A stretch of DNA of 51,519 bases from Candidatus Susulua stagnicola (GCA_030765735.1 JAVCBZ010000085.1:1-51519); one strand, 5' to 3'; shown: positions 37,401-46,401, numbered from the stretch's first letter. Translations and numbers: made by a program. Notes: generated by a model not told the origin, from the letters alone.

Positions 37401-37822
37401 TGGCAATTTTAAAGCTAGAAGATGAGACTGCTAGCATTGAAGCTTTTATTTTTCCACGTCTTTATGCTGAGTGTTCATTTCTTCTTCAGGAACAAACCAT
37501 ATTAGTGGTAAAGGGAAAAGTTGAGGCTAAAGATAAAACCCCTAAAATATTAATTTCTCAGATTATTCCAGTAGAAAAAATTATTGAATATATTAAGGGC
37601 GTAGACATTCATTTAGAGGATAATAGTATATCTTTAAAAAACTTGAAAAGTGTCTTTCTTCAGCATAAAGGTCAGACCCCAGTCTTCTTTTCTTTCAAGA
37701 ATTCTAAGCTAAAAGGAGTGAAGATAAAGAGTGGTAGTAAGTTCTGTATCGCCTTAAACGAGAAAGCTTTAGGTGAAATAAAAACCGCAGTGGGAGAGGG
37801 AAACTTGTTCTTGACACTTTAA
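34418..37822 (+). CDS. dnaE: DNA polymerase III alpha subunit
   Basis: PHP domain HLHVHTQYSLLDGA, polymerase core GPGRGSAAGS, PDIDIDF, and an OB fold near the C-terminus. Confidence 0.95.
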   Translation: MANADFVHLHVHTQYSLLDGACLLTRLVEKAVQCKLPALAMTDHGNIFGAIKFYNLCVKNGIKPIIGCEVYVTSGSRFNRDFKSSKDSNYHLILLAKDQEGYSNLVKVVSLAHLEGFYYKPRVDKEILSKYSKGLIASSACLKGEIPSAIISGNVNKATKLADDYLNIFGKGNFYLEIMENGLDQQRIVNKQLIKISKELDIPLVATNDIHYLEKEEAFAHEVLLAIQTQTTINDPNRFKFNSDSFYFRTPDEMIKIFKDIPQSIKSTIDIAEKCNFTMDFSKTHLPNFPLPKGVNDKDYLRKICQENLGDRYPKVDNIVTERLEHELETITKTGFSSYFLIVWDLIKYAKENNIPVGPGRGSAAGSIVSYLLHITDVDPLNYDLLFERFLNSARISMPDIDIDFCYEKRLKVLEYVANKYGKDSVAQIITFGTMLARAVIRDVGRAMGFNYSEVDKIAKMIPSGVGQVVNLKRALSLNPDLGDVYNSDSRIKRLIDVAMQLEGLSRHASTHAAGVVISDKPLIERVPLIKGSEGEAITGFDMGSLEKIGMLKMDFLGLKTLTVIDEAVKIIKRTKNKDLDIIGIPLDDKKTFSLLSKSNTIGVFQLESSGMRGILKKINPTRFEDLIAVLALYRPGPLGSGMVDDFINRKHGKKSITYIHPELESILKKTYGIILYQEQIMQIVSKLAGFDMSRADLLRKAIGKKIPEIMDQQRQLFLDGCGKNKIPVNTASQIFDLIDYFSGYGFNKSHSTAYALISYRTAYLKANYPIEFMAALLTSERNNTDKVVEYVNESARMKIEVLPPDINTSFTNFTVTDDQNIRFGLMAIKNVGKTALDNIVETRKASKFESIFDFSRRIDSRVVNKKVIESLIKTGAMDSFKLRRSQMMAILDKILSKNVKKEDPSQLRLFSTPVDESVPDIEEWPILQILNFEKSLLGIYLTGHPLKSYSNLVNSLKREKVINLWERPYQREVMICAVVEKIKNVTTRRKSERMAILKLEDETASIEAFIFPRLYAECSFLLQEQTILVVKGKVEAKDKTPKILISQIIPVEKIIEYIKGVDIHLEDNSISLKNLKSVFLQHKGQTPVFFSFKNSKLKGVKIKSGSKFCIALNEKALGEIKTAVGEGNLFLTL

Positions 37823-37845
37823 TTTGATGGTGTTAGACTTAAAAT

Positions 37846-38118
37846 ATGAGAAAGCGAGATATAGTTCTTAAAATTAGTCAAGACACAGGCATAAAACAAG
37901 TTGTAGTCAAAGATGTTGTGCAGCGGATGCTTGATACTTTGTTTGGAGCTTTGCAGAGTGGTAAAAGAATTGAACTTAGGAATTTTGGGGTATTTCAGGT
38001 AAAAATGAGAAAAAAGAGAATTGGCAGAAATCCCAAAACTGGAGAGGTTGTGCCTGTCCCTGAGAGGCGCACTGTTGTCTTTAAGCCTGGTTTGGAGATG
38101 AAGAAGAATATAAAGTAG
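37846..38118 (+). CDS. HU/IHF-family DNA-binding protein
   Basis: 90 aa. RNFGVFQV...GRNPKTGE..V.V..RRVVVFKPG beta-arm signature. Confidence 0.88.
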   Translation: MRKRDIVLKISQDTGIKQVVVKDVVQRMLDTLFGALQSGKRIELRNFGVFQVKMRKKRIGRNPKTGEVVPVPERRTVVFKPGLEMKKNIK

Positions 38119-38180
38119 TCTTGTCTGCTTAGGGTGAACCTCATTATCTTCCCACTAAAGCTAACTTTTTTAAAATTAAT

Positions 38181-38206
38181 AGCCTGCCTGCCGGTAGGCA
38201 GGGAGG
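38181..38206. repeat. GC-rich palindromic element, copy 2 (AGCCTGCCTGCCGGTAGGCAGGGAGG), fused to the hisS SD
   Basis: One C-to-T change relative to copy 1, still pairable as G-U in RNA. GGGAGG ends 9 nt before the hisS GTG. Confidence 0.9.
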
Positions 38207-38215
38207 ACGTTTAGA

Positions 38216-39466
38216 GTGAAAAAGGTTTACTCTAGTATTCGTGGAATGTTTGATTTTGATCCTGTCAAGAGCTTAGCTTTTGGAGAAATAGTCGAACGTG
38301 CTAAAAACATTCTTAAAGTTTTTAATTATAAAGAAATTATTTTGCCTATACTTGAGGAGAAGGATCTATTTATCAAGGGTGTGGGTGAGACTACTGATAT
38401 TGTAGAACAACAAATGTTTAAGATTGAAGGCAAGGACATAGTACTTCGTCCTGAAGGAACTGCACAAGTAATAAGATATTATCTTCAAAATTCACTTCAT
38501 AAGATTAGTAATTTTCATAAATTTTTTTACACTGGACCAATGTTTAGAGGAGAGAGACCTCAGAAGGGAAGATTACGTCAATTTCATCATATAGGCGCTG
38601 AAGCAATAGGTTCTAATAGTTATTACTTAGATGCTGAGATGATCGTTCTAGCTTTAAAGATATTAGATCAGGTAGGGGTTAGTAAAAAAGAGCTTAAAAT
38701 AAATACTTTAGGGTGTAATCAAGACAAAATAAAATTTTCTCAATATCTTAAGGAAAAATTATCTTCTCAAAAAGATAAACTTTGTGATGATTGTCAAAGG
38801 AGATTGGATAAAAATCCTTTGCGAGTTCTTGATTGTAAAAAAGAGCAATGTCGCAAGGAAGTTATTGCTTTAAATTTAGAACAAGAACATATTTGTAGTG
38901 CTTGCCGGAATAAATTTAAAAGTTTGCTTGATTTGCTTGGTGATTTAGGAATTAAATATGTTTATTCTCCATATATGGTTAGAGGTCTTGATTACTATAC
39001 TGATACTGTTTTTGAAATCTCTTCAGAGGGTTTAGGTTCTCAAGATGCGATTGGTGCTGGAGGCAGATATAATAATTTAATTAAATATCTTGGTGGACCA
39101 GATATACCGGCTATAGGTTTTGCTTTAGGCTTAGAGAGAGTGCTTCTTGCTTTGGGAGAGAAGAAAAAAGAAGAAAAGTTAGATGTTTTTGTTGCTATAA
39201 CGAATCAAGAGCTTTTTACTTTAGGTGCTAATATTTTGCAACAACTGAGAGATGAGGGATTGTCTTCAGATCTTGACTATTGTGGTAAATCTTTAAAAGG
39301 CCAGATGCGTTCTGCTCAAAAAAAAGGTTCTCGGATAGTAGTAATTTTAGGTGAAGATGAGGTAGCAGAGAATGCCGTGTTGATTAAAGACATGAATAAA
39401 TCTATTCAGAAAAAGGTAAAAAAAGAAAATTTAATTTTTGAGATAAAGCAACTAATTAAAGTTTAA
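38216..39466 (+). CDS. hisS: Histidine--tRNA ligase
   Basis: Class II motifs (MFRGERPQKGRLRQFHH, GGGRYN) and the HisRS insertion with NPLRVLDCK. GTG start. Confidence 0.93.
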   Translation: MKKVYSSIRGMFDFDPVKSLAFGEIVERAKNILKVFNYKEIILPILEEKDLFIKGVGETTDIVEQQMFKIEGKDIVLRPEGTAQVIRYYLQNSLHKISNFHKFFYTGPMFRGERPQKGRLRQFHHIGAEAIGSNSYYLDAEMIVLALKILDQVGVSKKELKINTLGCNQDKIKFSQYLKEKLSSQKDKLCDDCQRRLDKNPLRVLDCKKEQCRKEVIALNLEQEHICSACRNKFKSLLDLLGDLGIKYVYSPYMVRGLDYYTDTVFEISSEGLGSQDAIGAGGRYNNLIKYLGGPDIPAIGFALGLERVLLALGEKKKEEKLDVFVAITNQELFTLGANILQQLRDEGLSSDLDYCGKSLKGQMRSAQKKGSRIVVILGEDEVAENAVLIKDMNKSIQKKVKKENLIFEIKQLIKV

Positions 39467-39479
39467 GGAGAGGTGACCA

Positions 39480-40865
39480 ATGTTAAGAACGCATACGTGT
39501 GGCCAATTGACAGATGAGATGATAGGTAAAGAAGCAACTATATGTGGTTGGGTAAATTCACGTCGAGACCATGGTAAACTTATTTTTATTGATTTAAGAG
39601 ATAGATACGGAATTACTCAGATAATTTTTTTACCTAAACCAAACACCGCTACTTATGAAGCAGCAAAGAAATTAAGGAATGAGGATGTAGTAAAAATTAA
39701 AGGGACGGTTAACCCTAGACCTAAAAAAACTGAAAATCCTAAGATTTTTACTGGTCTTATTGAAATTGAAGCTAAAGAATTAGATATTTTAAGTGGGGCA
39801 GAAGATTTACCATTTAATGTTGAGGATGATATAGATGTTGGGGAAGAAATTCGTTTAACTCATCGTTATCTTGATTTAAGAAGAGCTCCAGTTTATAAAA
39901 AATTGATTTTACGTCATAAGCTAAACCAAGGGTTTAGAAATTTTCTTAATAGTAATCAGTTTTTAGAGGTAGAAACTCCTTTTCTTACTAAGTCTACACC
40001 TGAAGGAGCTCGGGATTATTTAGTTCCTTCAAGATTACAAGTAAATAAATTTTATGCTCTACCTCAATCGCCACAACTTTTTAAACAGATTCTAATGGTT
40101 GGCGGTATGGATAAATATTATCAAATTGTGCGTTGTTTTCGTGATGAAGATTTAAGAAAAGATCGACAACCGGAATTTACCCAACTTGATATAGAGTTAT
40201 CTTTTCTTGAGGAAGAGGATATTTATTCGTTGACTGAAAAAATGTTTGCTGATGTTTTTTCTAAATGTTTAGGAGTAGAGTTAAAAACACCTTTTTTGCG
40301 TCTGACTCACCAAGAGGCAATGGAGAAGCATAAAACAGACAAACCTGACGTTGGCGAAGGGAATTATCGTTTTCTTTGGGTGACTGATTTTCCTTTATTT
40401 GAATATAACGATGATGACCGAAGATGGCAGGCTTGTCACCATCCTTTTACTTCTCCTGCTGAGGAAAGTATTCCGGATTTGGATAAAAAGGATTTATCTA
40501 AAGTTAAGTCTCGTTCCTATGATTTAATTTTTAATGGTTCAGAAATCGCTAGCGGATCAATAAGAATTCATTCATACATTTTGCAAGAAAAGATTCTTCA
40601 GATTTTAGGCATATCCAAAGAAGAAGCTGAAAATAAGTTTGGATTTCTCTTGCGTTCATTTAAATATGGCGTTCCACCTCACGGTGGGATTGCATTTGGT
40701 CTAGATAGAATATATGCTATAATAAGTGGCTCTGAGAGCATACGGGATGTGATCGCTTTTCCTAAAACTCAGAAAGGGAGTTGTCTACTTAGTGATGCAC
40801 CTTCTTATGTTAAAGATGCTCAGTTAAAAGACTTGAATCTAGAGTTAATTAAGGAAGAAGAATAA
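39480..40865 (+). CDS. aspS: Aspartate--tRNA ligase, bacterial type, lacking the GAD insertion domain
   Basis: OB fold, TPEGARDYLVPSR, QSPQLFKQ, CFRDEDLRKDRQPEFTQLD, GGIAFGLDR...IRDVIAFPKT. Only 461 aa. Confidence 0.9.
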   Translation: MLRTHTCGQLTDEMIGKEATICGWVNSRRDHGKLIFIDLRDRYGITQIIFLPKPNTATYEAAKKLRNEDVVKIKGTVNPRPKKTENPKIFTGLIEIEAKELDILSGAEDLPFNVEDDIDVGEEIRLTHRYLDLRRAPVYKKLILRHKLNQGFRNFLNSNQFLEVETPFLTKSTPEGARDYLVPSRLQVNKFYALPQSPQLFKQILMVGGMDKYYQIVRCFRDEDLRKDRQPEFTQLDIELSFLEEEDIYSLTEKMFADVFSKCLGVELKTPFLRLTHQEAMEKHKTDKPDVGEGNYRFLWVTDFPLFEYNDDDRRWQACHHPFTSPAEESIPDLDKKDLSKVKSRSYDLIFNGSEIASGSIRIHSYILQEKILQILGISKEEAENKFGFLLRSFKYGVPPHGGIAFGLDRIYAIISGSESIRDVIAFPKTQKGSCLLSDAPSYVKDAQLKDLNLELIKEEE

Positions 40866-40889
40866 GGGAATAAAAAGGGGGTACTGACG

Positions 40890-41411
40890 ATGAGAAAGTT
40901 AATGTTTTTATTCGGAATTATTGTTTTGAGTGGATGTTTAACAATGAGAAGTTATACCAATGAGGAACCGCGTAAAGATCTTGAAATTGAAGGTAATCAA
41001 GGATGTATGTCTGGAGAGTGCAAACAAGAGGTTAGAGAGAATAAATTAGGAGACACTCGTACTGTGTCAGTAATTGAAGTAGAATTTGGTCCTCGTGAAG
41101 TTAAGGGGGATGAGGCAAGCAAAAACTTAACCATCGAAGAAATGGTTGGGCAAGGCTTAAAAGAGAATGTTTCCTTCGAGGATATGGATATTAGCGCAGA
41201 GGAGTCAGAAGAAGTTTTAGAAGAAGCTGTGAAGCCAGAAATTCAATATTATGTAGTTACAGATAATGATACTTTGCAGAAGATCTCTCGTAAGTTTTAT
41301 GGGACCACAAGAAAATGGAATTTTATTTACGAGACTAATAAGGATATATTAAAAAGTCCTGATAGGTTATATCCGGGAACTAAAATAAAGATTGTTCCTT
41401 TAGATAAATAA
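40890..41411 (+). CDS. LysM-domain lipoprotein
   Basis: Lipobox LSGC, acidic linker, and C-terminal LysM (YVVTDNDTLQKISRKFYG...LYPGTKIKI). Confidence 0.8.
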   Translation: MRKLMFLFGIIVLSGCLTMRSYTNEEPRKDLEIEGNQGCMSGECKQEVRENKLGDTRTVSVIEVEFGPREVKGDEASKNLTIEEMVGQGLKENVSFEDMDISAEESEEVLEEAVKPEIQYYVVTDNDTLQKISRKFYGTTRKWNFIYETNKDILKSPDRLYPGTKIKIVPLDK

Positions 41412-41463
41412 AAAGGAACATTGCTAAATTGCCTAAGTGTGCCGTTAAAAATAATTTAAGTGT

Positions 41464-42858
41464 ATGAAGATTTCTATAGTTGGAAAGGAAGTCAATTTTA
41501 ACAATCTATTTATTGGTCTGGTGTTTTTTGCTTCTGCAGGTTTTATTTTTTTTATTTATGCTATAGACTCTTCTCTTTTAATCATAGCTTTAACTCTTTT
41601 TGTTTATGCTAGGTTTGTTAGAAAAATAAACAATTTACCTTCATACTTAAACCTTTCGATTTTAGGGGTAATAGCAATCTTAATACCTCTTTTTACTGTA
41701 ATTACTTTTAAAATATCTGGATATGGAGTTGCTGCCATTGGTTTTGTAATGTTAGTTACTCTTTTGTTCAATAATTTAGAGTTTTCTTTTATTTTAGCTT
41801 TATTTATTTCGTTCTTAAGTGCGAGTATAGATGGTGGCAATTTTAATGTAGGGGTTAGCCTTTTTGCTGGTTCTTTAGTTGGGGCGATGTTGTCTTATCG
41901 AATCAGGAGGAGATTTCAAGTAATCCGAGCTGGATTCTTCGCTGGTTTGATCCAATTTATTGTTGGTTTTCTTATGGAGAGAGAACAAAGTTTTTTTGTT
42001 ATTTCCGGTTTAGATTTTAATTTATTAAAGCTGTGTCTTCTTAATGGTGTTGTGTCTTCTTTTATTGTATTAGGAATTTTACCAGTTTTTGAATATATAT
42101 TTAAGGTTGTTACTAATATTTCACTTCTTGAATTATCTGATTTTAATCACCCTTTATTGCGTAAACTAATTCTTGAAGCTCCAGGGACTTATCAACATTC
42201 ATTGGTGGTTGCTAATTTAAGTGAGATGGCTACAGAATCAATCGGTGCTAATTCTTTGTTAGCTCGGGTGGGTGCTTATTATCATGATATTGGTAAAATG
42301 GTTAAGCCGGATTATTTTGTAGAGAATCTAGTAAATTATAGGGATGTACATAAAAATCTAAAGCCATCGATGAGTAAATTAATTATTTTTAACCATGTAA
42401 AAGATGGAGTGGACTTAGCGACTAAGCATCATCTTAATCCTAAGATAATTGATTTTATATCTCAACACCATGGAAGAACTCTTGTTTATTATTTTTATCA
42501 GCGAGCTAAAGAATTAGAACCTGATGGTAAACATGAAGAAGAGTACCGTTATCCGGGACCCAAGCCTCAGATTAAAGAAATAGCTATTGTAGCTTTAGCT
42601 GATACTATTGAAGCTTTATCAAGAACTCTGGAAGAGCCTAATCCATCAAGGATAGAGGAAATGGTTCGCGAAGTAGTCAAAAAGAGGTTTATGGAGGGGG
42701 AGCTAGATGAAAGTAATTTAACCTTAAAAGAATTAGAGAAAATTACCCAGAGTTTCATACGTATTTTAAATGCTATTTTTCATACCCGTATAAATTACCC
42801 TAAGGATAATGGGAATAGAGATAACAAATCAGCAAAAAGTAAAGAAAGTAAATCTTAA
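41464..42858 (+). CDS. pgpH: 7TM-HD (HDIG) membrane phosphohydrolase, PgpH/YqfF-like
   Basis: About seven hydrophobic helices followed by an HD domain (QHSLVVANL, YYHDIGK, QHHG). pgpH-ybeY-recO order matches Firmicutes-type synteny. Confidence 0.7.
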   Translation: MKISIVGKEVNFNNLFIGLVFFASAGFIFFIYAIDSSLLIIALTLFVYARFVRKINNLPSYLNLSILGVIAILIPLFTVITFKISGYGVAAIGFVMLVTLLFNNLEFSFILALFISFLSASIDGGNFNVGVSLFAGSLVGAMLSYRIRRRFQVIRAGFFAGLIQFIVGFLMEREQSFFVISGLDFNLLKLCLLNGVVSSFIVLGILPVFEYIFKVVTNISLLELSDFNHPLLRKLILEAPGTYQHSLVVANLSEMATESIGANSLLARVGAYYHDIGKMVKPDYFVENLVNYRDVHKNLKPSMSKLIIFNHVKDGVDLATKHHLNPKIIDFISQHHGRTLVYYFYQRAKELEPDGKHEEEYRYPGPKPQIKEIAIVALADTIEALSRTLEEPNPSRIEEMVREVVKKRFMEGELDESNLTLKELEKITQSFIRILNAIFHTRINYPKDNGNRDNKSAKSKESKS

Positions 42859-43231
42859 GCAGTTAGACAAATATTTAAAGAAAATATTTGTTTGTCTTAA
42901 TATTCCTTCTAAAAAGTTATCAATTCTTTTATGTGATAACACTTTTATAAAGAAACTTAACAAAAAATATTTTAAGAAGCTTTGTGCAACAGATGTCATA
43001 GCTTTTCCTTTGGCTGATCGTTTCCAACCAGATTATTTAGGAGAAGTGGTTATTTCAATAGAAGAAGCGGTTAAGGCAGCCAAAAGGCTGAATTGCAAAT
43101 GGCAAGATGAAGTAAAGCTTTATCTAATCCATGGTGTCTTACATTTAATAGGATATGATGATCGCACAAAGGTCAAAAAAGTGTCTATGGATAAAGAACA
43201 AACTAGGATTTTAAAAAATATTTCTAAGTAG
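42809..43231 (+). CDS. ybeY: rRNA maturation endoribonuclease YbeY
   Basis: HGVLHLIGYD metal-site motif, 140 aa. Overlaps the pgpH 3' end by 50 nt. Confidence 0.85.
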   Translation: MGIEITNQQKVKKVNLKQLDKYLKKIFVCLNIPSKKLSILLCDNTFIKKLNKKYFKKLCATDVIAFPLADRFQPDYLGEVVISIEEAVKAAKRLNCKWQDEVKLYLIHGVLHLIGYDDRTKVKKVSMDKEQTRILKNISK

Positions 43232-43249
43232 ATAATATCGGTTATTAAG

Positions 43250-44008
43250 ATGATTGAAAAAGATTTAGGATTTGTTTTAAGACGATATAATTTTAGGGAA
43301 ACAAGTTTAATTACTACTCTTTATACCTCTCGGTTTGGTAAAATAAGAGGTATTTTTAAAGGCTTTTATACCTTTAAGAAAGAGTTTTCATCTTCTTTGG
43401 ATATATTTACTCTTAATGAGTTTATTTTTTATCCTAAGAAAAGTGAAATTTGGCTCATTTCTCATGCTGATTTAGTTTCAGATTTCTCTTATTTAAGAGA
43501 AGATTTACCAAAGGCGAAAGTAGTTGCAATCATGTTAAATCTTCTAGATAAGACAATGCTTTTGTGGGATCGTAATCTAGAAATTTTTAATTTGATTAAT
43601 GATTGCCTGAATTGTTTAAGGCAAGAAAGTGAAGTCAAAATACTTTATGTATTTTTAATAAAGTTTTTAAGCCTTGCTGGATTTAAGCCAGAGTTTAATC
43701 ACTGTTTAATTTGTCAGAAGTCTCTTGATGATGAGTTTTATTTTAGTGTCACTAAAGGAGGGCTTGTTTGTAAAGCTTGTGGTAGGGGGCTAGGTGATTT
43801 AAAAAAAATTACTAAACAAACTTGTAGATCATTGCTCTACATTCAAAATAGTGATTTTGCTCTTATCGGTAGGCTTAAGGTTGCTAGGTTGTGTGAGGAA
43901 GAATTCTTTTACATTTTAGGGCGATTTCTTGCTTATCATTTTGAATTTGATGGTTTAATTAAGTCTAATTTTTTCCCAGTTTCTCTACAGTTAGCTTCTC
44001 AATATTAA
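43250..44008 (+). CDS. recO: DNA repair protein RecO
   Basis: N-terminal OB fold and zinc motif CLICQK...CKACG. Confidence 0.85.
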   Translation: MIEKDLGFVLRRYNFRETSLITTLYTSRFGKIRGIFKGFYTFKKEFSSSLDIFTLNEFIFYPKKSEIWLISHADLVSDFSYLREDLPKAKVVAIMLNLLDKTMLLWDRNLEIFNLINDCLNCLRQESEVKILYVFLIKFLSLAGFKPEFNHCLICQKSLDDEFYFSVTKGGLVCKACGRGLGDLKKITKQTCRSLLYIQNSDFALIGRLKVARLCEEEFFYILGRFLAYHFEFDGLIKSNFFPVSLQLASQY

Positions 44009-44045
44009 TTGTAGTATTAATAAGGAGTTTGATGTAATATTAATT

Positions 44046-44474
44046 ATGATTTATGAAGACAGAGAAATTTCTTCAATAGAAGGAAAAGCAAAGAAGATTA
44101 TTGGTAAGATTTCTTTACCAAAAGATTTAGACCCTTCAATTTTACAGACTATTCCTTATCAATATCCTAAACGTAAGATTGTAACTGAATTGACTACCGA
44201 TGAATTTACTTGTTTGTGCCCTTTTTCTGGGCTTCCTGATTTTGCTAACCTTACTATCAGCTATATCCCGACTAAAAAACTTATTGAGCTTAAATCTTTA
44301 AAGTATTATCTTTATTCCTTTCGGAATGTTAAGATTTACAATGAACACGCAGTAAATAGAATTCTCCAAGATTTAAAAAAAGCACTAAAGCCTTATCAAA
44401 TTACAGTGGTTGGAGAATTTACTTCTCGTGGAGGAGTAAAGAATAAAGTTACTGCATCTTATCGGAAAAAATAA
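44046..44474 (+). CDS. queF: NADPH-dependent 7-cyano-7-deazaguanine reductase (type I QueF)
   Basis: EFTCLCPFSGLPDF catalytic Cys motif and the QueF motif region. Confidence 0.88.
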   Translation: MIYEDREISSIEGKAKKIIGKISLPKDLDPSILQTIPYQYPKRKIVTELTTDEFTCLCPFSGLPDFANLTISYIPTKKLIELKSLKYYLYSFRNVKIYNEHAVNRILQDLKKALKPYQITVVGEFTSRGGVKNKVTASYRKK

Positions 44475-44493
44475 TAAAAATTAAAGAAAGATA

Positions 44494-45453
44494 ATGAGCA
44501 AAAGAATAATAATTTTAGTTATGGTAGTTGTTTTTCTTTCTTGTTCTAAGCCTTTATATAAAAATAAATTTATTATCTCAGGTACTTATCTAAAGGTAAC
44601 TTCTTCTGATAAAAGAGCTTCAAAAATTGTTTATAGAGAATTTAAGAGACTAGATAATATTTTTAATATATATAATGATAAATCTGAGCTTTCTAAATTA
44701 AATAAAACTTATAATTTGCCCTTTAAGGTCTCAGATGAGTTGATTGAACTATTGCGTTTGAGTCAAGATATTTGCAATTTAAGTGAGGGGGCTTTTGATG
44801 TAAGTCATGGAGTGCTTTATAAATTTTGGAAGAAATTAATTTCTGATGGCAATCTAAGAGAGTTTCCAACTCCTGAAGCTATAGCTAAGATAAAGGAAAT
44901 TGGAGGGATGAAAAAAATAGAAATTGATCCTAATAAAAAAACAGTAACAATAAAAAGACAAGGATTAATTATTGATTTAGGTGGGATTGCTAAGGGGTAT
45001 ATGGTTGATAAAGCAATTTCAGCTTTAAAAGAAGCAGGTATAAATAGCGCTTTGATTAATGCTGGTGGAGACATTTATTGTTTAGGCATGAATAGGGATG
45101 TTCCTTGGGAAGTAGGGGTTCAAGACCCTAAACAGTCTTTAGATATTTTAGGGTCAGAATTATTAATTAATCAGGCAATTGCTACCTCAGGAGGATATGA
45201 GCAGTTTTTTACTTTTAAAGGCAAGGAATATTCACATTTAATTGATCCTCGTAAAGGATATCCTGTAGACAATAATCTTATTAGCGTTAGTGTTATCAGT
45301 GAGAAAGGTGTCGCTAGTGATGGTTTAACTACTGCAATTTCGATTATTGGTTTAGGAGGGGTAAAGGAATTTATTTCTAAGAATCCTTTAAAAATTAAAG
45401 TATTTTTAGTTTATTTTGATGGGCAAGATAGGAAAGTTCATATTTTTGAATAA
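44494..45453 (+). CDS. apbE: FAD:protein FMN transferase (ApbE family lipoprotein)
   Basis: Lipobox-like FLSC. FDVSHG, DLGGIAKGY and ATSGGYEQ motifs. Confidence 0.85.
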   Translation: MSKRIIILVMVVVFLSCSKPLYKNKFIISGTYLKVTSSDKRASKIVYREFKRLDNIFNIYNDKSELSKLNKTYNLPFKVSDELIELLRLSQDICNLSEGAFDVSHGVLYKFWKKLISDGNLREFPTPEAIAKIKEIGGMKKIEIDPNKKTVTIKRQGLIIDLGGIAKGYMVDKAISALKEAGINSALINAGGDIYCLGMNRDVPWEVGVQDPKQSLDILGSELLINQAIATSGGYEQFFTFKGKEYSHLIDPRKGYPVDNNLISVSVISEKGVASDGLTTAISIIGLGGVKEFISKNPLKIKVFLVYFDGQDRKVHIFE

Positions 45454-45493
45454 AGGTAGTTAAAAATTATATTTTTTAATTTGGTAAATTAAA

Positions 45494-46303
45494 ATGAAAA
45501 AAATAACTGTAGAAGATATTAAAAAGAGAAAAGGTAAGTCTAAAATAACTATGCTTACTTGTTATGATTATTCTTTTGCTAAAATTTTAGATGCTTCTGG
45601 CATTGATATGATTTTAGTTGGAGATTCTTTAGCTAATGTAGTTTTAGGAATGGAGGAGACTCGTAAACTTAGCTTAAGTGAAATGATTAACCATACTAAG
45701 GCTGTAGTTAAGGGTAGCAGCAGAACCTTAGTAGTAGCTGATATGCCTTATGTGTCCTATCAAAGGAATCCTAAAAAATGTGTTATTTTTGCCTCTAAGT
45801 TTATAAATTGTGGAGCTAAAGCGGTAAAAATAGAATGGTTTAAGGATTGTGAATATGTGGTTAAAAAATTGATTAAGAATAAAATACCAGTTATGGGACA
45901 TATTGGGCTTACTCCTCAAACTGCTCATCTTTTAGGTGGTTATAAGGTTCAAGGTAAGGATGAGAAAAGAGCAGCTGAGCTAATTAAGCAAGCTAAATTG
46001 CTTCAAGATTTAGGGGTATTTAGTTTAGTTCTAGAGTGTATTCCTTACCCATTAGCTCAGGATATTACTAAGACTCTAAAAATTCCTACTATTGGAATTG
46101 GAGCTGGAAAATATTGTGATGGTCAAGTTTTAGTTACTTATGATTTTCTTGGTCTTTATAAAGAAAAGAAGCCTAAATTTGTAAGGGTTTATAAAGATCT
46201 TTCCCAAGAGATAACTAATGCGACTAGTCTTTTTATTAAGGATGTAAAAAGGGGTAATTTTCCAAATAAGCTTGAGAGTTTTTCAGGAGAAAAGAAAAAA
46301 TAG
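45494..46303 (+). CDS. panB: 3-methyl-2-oxobutanoate hydroxymethyltransferase
   Basis: MLTCYDY, VGDSL, KIE and GHIGLTPQ motifs. Confidence 0.92.
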   Translation: MKKITVEDIKKRKGKSKITMLTCYDYSFAKILDASGIDMILVGDSLANVVLGMEETRKLSLSEMINHTKAVVKGSSRTLVVADMPYVSYQRNPKKCVIFASKFINCGAKAVKIEWFKDCEYVVKKLIKNKIPVMGHIGLTPQTAHLLGGYKVQGKDEKRAAELIKQAKLLQDLGVFSLVLECIPYPLAQDITKTLKIPTIGIGAGKYCDGQVLVTYDFLGLYKEKKPKFVRVYKDLSQEITNATSLFIKDVKRGNFPNKLESFSGEKKK

Positions 46304-46313
46304 CCTATTTTAA

Positions 46314-46342
46314 TTGACTCTTTAACTATGTTTTGATAGTAT
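46314..46342 (+). promoter_or_regulatory. Candidate promoter of purB with extended -10
   Basis: TTGACT, 17-nt spacer, TGaTAGTAT. Lies 60 nt upstream of the purB ATG. Confidence 0.5.
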
Positions 46343-46401
46343 ATAAGCCCTTGGCAAGAATATATGTTTTTAAGATATAAAGAAGATTAATAAGGAGTTT
46401 C

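Noticed and set aside
18792-39479. T-box leaders upstream of proS, trpS, hisS and aspS.
   Set aside because: The upstream gaps are 0-18 nt for proS, trpS and aspS, far too short. The 97-nt hisS gap is also too short for a T-box (about 200 nt or more), and I saw no T-box conserved sequence in it.
44009-44045. Possible preQ1 riboswitch upstream of queF.
   Set aside because: The gap is only 37 nt and contains no preQ1-I/II consensus, i.e. no C-rich loop or A-rich tail arrangement.
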